NCBI GenBank assembly: GCA_030704615.1
Contig: CM060733.1
Coordinates: forward strand, 61,876,001-61,940,000
DNA length: 64,000 nt
Direction of reading: 5' to 3'
DNA from: Takakia lepidozioides
Lineage: Eukaryota > Plantae > Bryophyta
Position numbers and translations under genes: made by a program. The notes beneath the pieces are model-generated. The model made no database searches, was not told where the DNA came from, and saw only the letters and a program-made list of their open reading frames with translations. Numbering within the stretch: the stretch's first letter is position 1; the number at the start of each line of letters is the position of its first letter. This document shows positions 55,704 through 64,000 of this stretch, piece by piece.

Positions 55704-58334
55704 CTATGGGTGTGCAGCGAACAGGGTAGCTTCCTGCTCCTCATCCAGTCCTCCCCTCCAGTCATACTCCCTGACCCCTCGAGGTCTTCTCGTAGCAGGT
55801 AATCTACTATATTTCTTAGTGGTAATTTGTATCTTGTGCATCCCATTATGCACAGTTAGTAACTGAGAATTCCAGTCATGGAATACCCTGGCCTGTTTCA
55901 GCCACGGACGTCCCAATAATAAGGAGTAAGCCTCCATGACTTCATCCATTTTCAACACAGTTACTGTGATCATAAAGATCATCTTTTGAATCTGTATCTT
56001 AACTCCTCTTATCAATCCCAATGGCTGTACACTTCTTTGATCTGCCATTGTTACTGTAAATGGGGCTGGTTTCATGTTACTTAGACCAAGCTTCTTGCCT
56101 TAATTGGTCTGTCATGATATTCACTCCAGAGCCTCCATCTATCAGTACATCAGTTAGTTCTGTGCTTCCAATTCTCAATTGGATTACTGGCATAGAATCA
56201 TCAAAGTCCATGACTGTTTCTCGCCCTTCCGGCTTCACATTATAACTGGTCACCTTGCTGTTCAGGTCTGTGTTTCCTGTCTCCTGGGCAATTCGATTGA
56301 TTGCTTGATACAGCCTGTGCCTACAATAAGGTGCCACAGCCAATAGCTGTCCAATGGTAATTTCTGCTTTGGTCTGGCATATTACTTCAGCCAAAGTCTC
56401 TTCATTACTTTGCATGTCTGCATCTTCTTTCTTCCTTTCATCCTCACTCCCTGCTTCTTCTCCATCAAAATCAGAGGAATCTGCCACAGGAATATCAGTA
56501 CTCTTCTGCATTTCCCTTATGGTATCTGCCACTTCCTTGTGCAGTTCCTTCTCATCTCTCCAAGCCTCATCATCTTCAGGCATATCACTGCCACCTTCAT
56601 TATCATCTTCTTCCTCTACTACTGGAGGTATTAGTTTGGCTTTGCTTCTTGTTACTATCATTGTACTTACTTCTGGTACAACACATGGCCTAACCATGTG
56701 AGCTGCCACCACTGGGCCCTCATTCACAGGAGCTCTCATCTCATTCTGGTGTCTAATCCAGAATGAACAGGCTGCCTTGCGATGTCCTGGCTGATTACAA
56801 TAGTAACATAGTTCTTCACCATTGGGTCCTCGCCCTTGGTCTGTTCTTGGATTATTTCTGTAATCCTGATTCCTGGGCTGGTAATTCCCCCTTGGATTAC
56901 CCTGATAGTTGCCTCTGGAATTTCTTTGGTAATTCCCTCTTGAATTACTTCTCCCTTCCATGCCATTGTTATAACCACCAGACCTACCATAGTGGTCCTG
57001 ATCATTGTTTCTTCTTGGCTGGGGCTGCACTTGATGCACCCTTACTTGCCTAGGTTCTCTTGCAGCTGTCCTTCTGTTGTAGTAACAATTCTCAGTAGAA
57101 TGGTTATCCATTTTACAGATAGTACAGTGTTTCTCCTTCATGTGGCATTTGTGGTGGTATGGCCTTCATTCTGGCACTTTGCACACCATACACCCTTCCT
57201 CCAATGTGTTGCAGCCTCTGTGGCATACTTCTTCAAGATTTCTTCCAATCTTTTCTCATAGTTATCCCTCTTCAACTTCTCCTTTCTCTTACTCTTCCTT
57301 TTTAGTTCTTGCTCTTCTTCTTCATCTAACTCATCCTCAGAGTCCTCATCATCCATTTTCTCTCTCCTGAGCATTCCCAATTGCTCAATTCTGTTTGCAG
57401 TTTCAAATGCCTCCTCCACTGTATTATGGGGTAACATATCCACTTTCTTTTGCAACTCTGGTCTTACTCCACTCACAAACCAAGTCTTCTGTAAACCGGG
57501 TGCTGGTACTGCAGCCAGCTTTTTCATCATCAATTCCATCTTTTCCATATACTCCTCAACAGTTTCATGCTTCTTTTGCTTTAACTGTTGTAAACTTCCA
57601 TACACTTCATCCTCAGTTTTACTTGTCCTGAACCTATTTCGAAATGTTGTATTCAAGCCATTCCAGGTTAGGAAATGATTATCAGGGAATCTTGCATACC
57701 ATTCACTTGCTTTCTTGATAAGTGAACAAGGAAACAATCTCATCTTGGCATCATCGCCATTCTCATTGTTCACTATACACATGTGCTCAAATTGGCTAAT
57801 GTGTACATCGGGATCCCCTTTTCCTGAATATATTGGAAAGGGTGGTTTTGCCCGTGTTGGTTGTAACGCCATCTGTGGCCCTACCTTCTGCCCACTGACA
57901 GGTGCTGGCACCCTTGCTGGTGCTGGTCCTTCTGGACCTGTTGTTTTTGTGGTGGATCTTCCACCAAGTGGTGGCCCTTGAGCACTCCCTGCTTCCAGCC
58001 CCACGATATTCACAGTATTTCCAGCTTCAGTTGCACTACTTCCCACACTCCCTGTCCCCCCAGAGCCAGATCCAGGCAGCCCGCCTGATCCCCCTGAGCC
58101 GACACCTTCGTTGGCCTGTGATCCAAGTGCTCCACTTGATCCAGGTCCAACGGGTTGGGATGTCCTGGTTGTAGTCTCAACCTCAGCTGTTGGGTCTACT
58201 TCTTCATATTCTTCCTCTTCCAATTTCTTCTCTCTGTTTTCATCCTCCAAGTTCTGCCCTTGGGTTTCTTCTTCACTCATGTAACTCAACTGTAATGGTG
58301 TTGGAGAGTCTGAACTCTCCGTTGGCTCTGCCAC
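55704..58334 (-). pseudogene. gag: R1a gag-protease (frameshifted)
   Basis: YSGKGDPDVHI..F, knuckles CAKCQNEGH, CTICKMDNHSTENC and CYYCNQPGHRKAAC, protease LIDGGSGVNIM...LLLGRPWL. Confidence 0.9.
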
Positions 58335-58415
58335 ATCCTCTTCTCCTTCTTCACCTTCCGCTTCAGAAACTGGAGTTCCTGCTTTTGGTGTTCCATGCCA
58401 ACTCTTATCAAAGAT

Positions 58416-59290
58416 TTATGTCAAATCTTTTATCCAGGGATGTACCTCAGATCTTTCACCTCGTGATTGATCTTCTTTCTGTACCAATTCCCTTAATCTT
58501 TCTTGCAAAGAAACAGAAGGAGTGGCATCCAACTCTAGTTCTTCCGGTATAGGTGAAGTACTCTTTGATCTTAATGGTGTGAGAGGTCCAGGTGATTCCC
58601 CTATGTCTATTCCTCTCTCCCAAAGATATGGATAATTAGCTTTCAGATAGCTTTCTCTTTTTGCTGAATATCTCTGGCGTCTAGCTTCTCTTTCATCACT
58701 CATGTCCCATGTCTTTCATTTCTTTTAATGTGGCAATAACCAAAACTCTCTTCTGTAATATCTCTCGTATATGCCTGGGTTTCTTTCAAGCTTCAATGCA
58801 CCCTTGGCTATACTTGAAGTCTCCGTTACCATATAACCATATGGCAAACAAGTCTGGAAAGCTGTTCTTGGTGTGAGTTTGATCCACAAAATATCCTTTG
58901 GATACCAATTCTTTACCAGTACAAGCTCTTCATGCATATGAGTATAAACATTCACCTTTCTTTCTTCCCAGCCTTCAAACTCTACTCGCTTAATGGATAG
59001 CAATGCTATCACATAAACCAACGTTGGTAACCAACGTGCTCTTCCTCTACAGGCTACCTGATAAATCTTTATCACTCCTTTCTCCAGACCCCATTCCGGA
59101 TCAGCATCATGCACTCGCTTAAGAATATTTTCTTTACAACCGTCTGGCAATTCCAAGAACCTTTGAAAGAATTGTTTGGACAATATTTCTTCCTTCGTTC
59201 CACAGGGAATTTGATTCACTTCAAATTCTTTAATGGTCCAACCACCATGATCCCACCAGATGCCTGTCACATCTGGTTGTTCATGACTCA
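58416..59290 (-). CDS. R1a extra 5' ORF(s) between PBS and gag, unknown function
   Basis: ORFs 58725-59420 (partly in the LTR) and 58416-58703 in the sense orientation; no recognisable motif. Confidence 0.45.
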
Positions 59291-59292
59291 GT

Positions 59293-59310
59293 TCCCCAGT
59301 ATGGTCGCCA
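59293..59310 (-). promoter_or_regulatory. R1a primer-binding site TGGCGACCATACTGGGGA (tRNA-Arg-like, Tat/Ogre type)
   Basis: Lies 2 nt after the 5' LTR CA and resembles the TGGCGACT..CTGGGGA PBS type. Confidence 0.7.
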
Positions 59311-59312
59311 AA

Positions 59313-60345
59313 TGTCGCGCGGCTTTTACTCACCCATCCCTTCGCTATCCGAGGCGGAAACTCCAAGATAGAAGAGTTGGAAATCTCTAAGTACTCAGCC
59401 CGCGCAGAACAATCAGTCATGACCTACAGCTAGTGTATCATGGGGGTGTTTCATTTTTGTTTCCCTTTCCGCATTCATGTTAGCTACCTTACCATTACTA
59501 ATTAAGTATCTGTTTGCTTCATCAATCTATTGGATTCCATCAACTCATCCATTCATTCCACAGCTTCACTCAGATCTCTCTACACAGTGTGGATTGTATC
59601 GTATAAGTATCAGATTATGATTTATCAGGTATCAGGCCGAAGCCATTGTGTCTCTAATCTGCTCTACAATATCACTACAGCTTTGCATATAACAAGCATC
59701 TACTAATCATCTTTCCTCCTTCACCGTGCTCTCCATCTTTACTCTCCGTGCGATCCCCTCTCCTCCATGACCAAGAAGTCCTCTTCCCTGAAGTGCTTCC
59801 AAGAATATATATCCGTCCCATTCTCAGTCCTTGCTTCTCCCTTTATCTTCCTACCCGTGGCTCTAACCGTTTCCCTCACTAACCGTCGTCCGTGAACTAA
59901 CATGTTCCATTTGCAGGTGTTGTTCCCCACAGTCGTTCCCTGTCCTGCTCTCCGTTCCCTCTGGTCGTGACAGCTGTGTCAAGCTGTGACTGGCTGTGTG
60001 AAACTGTGACGGGCTGTGACTGGCTGTGCGACTGTGTTTGGCTGTGTCGGGCTGTGACCGGCTGTGTGGCTGTGTGGCTGTGTCGGCTGTGACGGGCTGT
60101 GTTGGCTGTGACTGGCTGTGTGGCTGTGTCGGCTGTGATGGCTGTGTCGGGCTGTGACGAGCTGTGCTAACTGTGTCTGGCTGTGTCGGTTGTGTCGGCT
60201 GTGACGACTGTGACAGACTGTGTAACCCCCCTCTACAGTGCGCTGCTGTCACCCCTAAGGCTCCTGTTGGTCTCAGTCTGTGCAAAAATTAAGGGTACCC
60301 TACAGATCTCGTATAAGTGTCTAAGTCCCAGACAGTCCTCTAACA
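59313..60345 (-). repeat. R1a 5' LTR (1033 bp) with a GGCTGTG repeat tract at 59966-60230
   Basis: TGTTAGAGG...CGCGACA on the minus strand. Confidence 0.95.
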
Positions 60346-61155
60346 GTTCCGAGTTGTGGAGGGCAGTATCTGGCTCGAAGGCGAACACATGCCTGTCGGA
60401 CAACGTCCCTGCCCACATTGAAGCACCTGAGGAACAAAGCGGGCGGTTAATAGCTTGCGGCATGCAATTGCAATCGGGCCAGGGGACAAACTGAGCACGT
60501 GAAGGCTTACCCGTGCCGCATGTGAGGTCCAGAATCCGCCCTTGGATATCCGAGCATGTCTCCATGAGGGTTTGGATGAAAGCATGGTTCCAGGTCCGGC
60601 TGTACCGCCACGGTTTGCCTGTCTTTGTGTCCTTCGGCATACTGGAGTGGGGCACATAGTTGTAGAGGACATCGTAGGTAACAGGGTCCACAGTGGCATC
60701 AACAAGACGACCGTCGTTGCGGAATTTGAACATAGACCCTCTCTTCACAAAGCAATATGCCTCAAACACCAATGTCTGCACATCCAACAAAATAGGGATC
60801 AACTCCGGGATCTTGTTTAGATACACCACAATATGAGGTGAATGCAATAGATTGATAACTTACACTTTGGCCCTTTGTTTGCAACCCCTGTGTATTGATG
60901 CAGAACCATTTTCTGAGGATGACCGGGGTGACACTTTTCGGTGTCCACCTTGCCACCGCATTCTCTGTGGTCTTCCCTCTTGTGGCAAGGACAACCACAC
61001 ATCCACCATCATCCAGAAGCATCCCCGCCAGCCCAAACCCGGCTTTCCAGTAGTCCTCAGTAAACCTGTTCCAGGTGGGCACACCATCCAGGCCCTCCAG
61101 CAGCTCCCCATCTAGAATGTCGAGGAGAATCATGTCGCAAGCTCTCTCCACCTCA
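60346..61155 (-). pseudogene. Beta-class N4-cytosine/N6-adenine DNA methyltransferase domain (exons 60864-61155, 60511-60775, 60346-60426)
   Basis: Spliced product: CDMILLDILDG..PTWN..LLDDGGCVVV..RKWFCIN..|TLVFEAYCFVK...RTWNHAFIQTLMETCSDIQGRILDLTCGTG|ASMWAGTLSDRHVFAFEPD, which follows motif order III-IV-V-VI-VII-VIII-TRD-X-I-II. Introns 60776-60863 and 60427-60510 are GTAAG...CAG and keep the frame. Confidence 0.8.
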
Positions 61156-64000
61156 CCCCCCCCCGAGTGCTCTTGCAATCCGTGCTCACAACCGTGAAGA
61201 ATTCCATCATGGCTTCAAAACCAGGGGTGTCTTTAGGCTCTATACCGGCAACCCTCTTCTTGGCTTTCCCCTTCTGCTCCGCCAGAGACTTGCTGTGTGC
61301 CACCTTCTTCGCCCTGGCAGCGAGATCGTCAAGGAAGCTCTCATTGACGCATTGGATGATGGTTGGAGGTTCTAGCTTTGGCCTGTGCGTAAACATCACC
61401 GCCAAATACCGCCGTGTAGGCTCGCCCTCAAATGCCAACTTCTTGGCAGAGCCAATCCCACTCCGAACTGACTTGGGAACCCGGACGACCGGTGACTGGG
61501 TAGCAGCAACAGCAATCGCAGGACCTTGAACAAAGTCGTCGTTCGAGTCACTCTCTTGGGTCCCCTCCTGCGCTTGCTCCGATGCCCCGATGGTTTTCTT
61601 CTTTTTGGGTGTTACTGCACTCACATGTTTCCTTGTCCTTTTCCTTTGGCCTTTACTCTTCTCATTCAATTTCTCCTGAATTCCTGCCTGAGCAAGCTCT
61701 GCCGCTTTCCTGGAGTTCGCAAGCGCTTTTGCCTCTTTTGCACCCAGCGGAGGCAGCGGAGGCCGGTTTCGTCGGGCCTCAGCATCCAGCTTCAATTGAA
61801 ACTCGGATGGGTCGAGCATGCCAGGCGGAAGGTCCACATACCAAGGGCAATCACGCAAATGTTCCAGATGCCACTCCTTCACAATATCGTCAGTGTACAT
61901 GGAGTCAGCCCCAGGGTTCCTCCATGCCAGGAAGAATGGTGGCTCGAAAGACAGATGACCTTTCTCAAAAAGGGAGAACTTGCAGTACCTGCATTCATGA
62001 AAAACACAATGAGGTCCCTGAATTGCAAATTTGGCACCATTTTCCCAGGTTGGGGCGGATCTGAGTGGGCCTAGAAATGGAAAAATGGCGCTGAATATCG
62101 GTTTTCGGTGACTGCCACCCTAGGGACTTAGCCATCTTGGGAGCCCGGAACTGGAAATTCGGCGCCATTTTTCCCGGTTTGGCTCGAAGATGGCTAAGTC
62201 CTAGAACGGCAATAGGGCCTAGAACTGGAAAAATGGCGGCGAATTTCCAGTTCAGGGCCAGCCATCCTAGGGACTTAGCCATTTTCGGAGCCCTGACCGG
62301 AAATTCGGCGCCATTTTCCCAGGTCCGGCCCGAAAGTGGCTAAGTCCCATCTGGCCTTGACCTGGAAAAATGGCACCAAATTTCCAGTTCAGGGCCAGCC
62401 ACCCTAGGGACTTAGCCATTTTTGGAGCCCTGACTGGAAATTCGGCGCCATTTTCCAGGTCCGGCCCGAAAATGGCTAAGTCCCAGAATGGCAATAGGGC
62501 CCAGAACTGGAAAAATGGCGCCGAATTTCCAGTTCAAGGCCAGCCACCGTAGGGACTTGGCCATTTTCGGAGCCCTGACTGGAAATTCGGCGCCATTTTC
62601 CAAGGTCCGGCCCGAAAGTGGCTAAGTCCCATATGGCCTTGACCTGGAAAAATGGCGCCGAATTTCCAGTTTAGGGCCAGCCACCCTAGGGACTTAGCCA
62701 TTTTTGGAGCCCTGACTGGAAATTCGGCGCCATTTTCCCAGGTCCGGCCTGAAAGTGGCTAAGTCCCATATGGCCTTGACCTGGAAAAATGGCGCCGAAT
62801 TTCCAGTTCAGGGCTAGCCACCCTAGGGACTTAGCCATTTTCGGAGCCCTGATCTGGAAATTCGGCGAAAAATACAAGGATTGAAAGGAAGGCATCGCGT
62901 ATGTACCTGTACAGAAGGCGCATTGCTGCTTTGTCCGCGTTCGGCTGGTCGGTGAACTCGTGGCTCCGGCGGGCATGTGGTATCTCCCGAAAGAATAGGT
63001 CGGTTTTGTAGAGCAGAAAGTACCTCGTCACATAGTCGCGTAGGCTCTCTGCTGCAGGAGAAATCTCCATCTTGAACTGATGTGCTTGTGTGTCCAGCTG
63101 CTCTTGCGCATTCATCGTCACCTGTGGAGATTCTCCATCAGATCGCATTGCTGAAAAAATACAATGAATCCACCCCCTACAAGAGTAGAAGCGCCAAACG
63201 AAGCGTGGGGAAGTACCTGAAACCACCATGTCATGCGGTTCATCCACATGTCGAATGTGGGGTCAGACAGTTTGTCCGGTTTGGGGAAGCTCCACATGTC
63301 CCTTGTACTTTGGGAACCATTCCAGATTTGGAGCCACCGGGTCTGTCCAACCACCCAACATATTCGTAAGCGCCAAACACCACAAAACGAGTTGTTGCCA
63401 CCACAATTTGGTTAAGAATGTATCACCTTTTCTGCACCATCCACACAGGATGTGGCTAGACGATGGAGCTTCTCCAAGTCATCGTGGGCTTCAGAGCGCG
63501 GGAGTAGTGCTTCCCCACCTCCACCAGAAAGTCGGCACCAAGGGCGGGATCAGCTATGGCCACGTACTTTACCATCCGCGACTTGTACTTTATGCGGGCC
63601 CTCACCTCCGCAGCTTTGAGATACGATTCGAGTGCCGGGAGGGTTAGATTCTTCTCCTCTGACTCCATGTAGAACCTCCGCGCATGTGCCAAATCCTGCT
63701 GAATTTTCATCTTTCTGAATTTTCATAAGATTAGAGATCCTGCTCAACACTTTTTCTTCTATTGGGGGAGGAGAGACATATTAGCTCAACAAAACAATCA
63801 GGAGCTTTACCCGAAATATGTAGTCCACCATGGCGTCCATGCTCAGCCTATACCAGGTTCTGTCTGCCTTTGCCTCCGACTTGCGCAGGAGGTCGGCACT
63901 GAGCGAATTGGCAAACTCTTGCACCCCCTGCTTCCCGACATCCTTCATTTGGAAGAGCATATGGGACAAGTTGGTGGCAATGAAGGCATTCTCAGTCACC
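61156..64000 (-). pseudogene. Upstream exons of the MTase-like gene (61165-61988, 62907-~63150, further exons to >64000)
   Basis: Intron 61989-62906 joins LLYR to YCKF in frame, as in copy C. Helical region ending LRDCPWY followed by a Lys-rich linker. Exon boundaries above 63150 are uncertain and contain stops or frameshifts. Confidence 0.6.
62025..62870. repeat. Type-B palindrome array inside intron 61989-62906
   Basis: Alternating GGAAATTCGGCGCCATTTTCC / GGAAAAATGGCGCCGAATTTCC with CTAGGGACTTAGCCATTTT. Confidence 0.9.

Larger units (their letters stand above)
47142..60345 (-). mobile_element. R1a: full-length 13.2-kb Ty3/gypsy non-chromovirus (Athila/Tat/Phygy-like) with extra 5' and 3' ORFs
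   Basis: LTRs 47142-48353 and 59313-60345, TSD GTTCC at 47137-47141 and 60346-60350, PBS and PPT present. Confidence 0.95.
46222..64000 (+). mobile_element. Copy B of the large DNA transposon (left terminus at 46222, runs off the window)
   Basis: Terminus GGGGGCTTCTATTTCATGAGCGGCATG interrupts R1c pol (compare the intact sequence at 55561-55590). 46222-46960 matches copy A 14554-15280, and 60757-63434 matches copy C. Confidence 0.9.

Noticed and set aside
60233-60847. 204-aa ORF taken literally as a protein
   Set aside because: It starts in an intron, reads through an in-frame 84-nt intron and ends in LTR sequence; only the exonic parts are meaningful.
60346-61155. Bacterial contamination or recent prokaryotic insert
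   Set aside because: The MTase region has spliceosomal introns, occurs in two copies and is interrupted by a plant LTR element with a TSD.

Overview
Eukaryotic DNA, very probably from a seed-free land plant (PLS-class PPR remnants, GT-AG introns, plant-type Ty3/gypsy PBS sites). The window is almost entirely a nest of transposable elements. It holds five Ty3/gypsy LTR retrotransposons from three families. Three are copies of a non-chromovirus family with extra ORFs (R1a 47142-60345 complete; R1b and R1c partial), one has long LTRs (R2 18266-29342), and one is a chromovirus (R3 37515-43953). It also holds three large copies and one MITE of an unrecognised DNA transposon family: A 14554-31028 with an 8-bp TSD, B 46222->64000, C <1-5086 inverted, and the MITE at 47898-48066. 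Combining the copies gives this layout: GGGGG-terminus, then a multi-exon gene containing a bacterial beta-class N4C/N6A DNA methyltransferase fold, then arrays of GGCGCC-centred palindromes, then a divergent WRKY/GCM-like zinc-finger (transposase-like) gene, then the GAGG-terminus. The methyltransferase gene only appears after removing introns and a 13.2-kb retrotransposon. A second oddity is R2: its 5' LTR lacks the terminal att sequence, while a perfect att-att palindrome follows the PPT, as expected if it integrates via a circle junction. All calls were made by eye without database searches, and all coding copies here look partly decayed.
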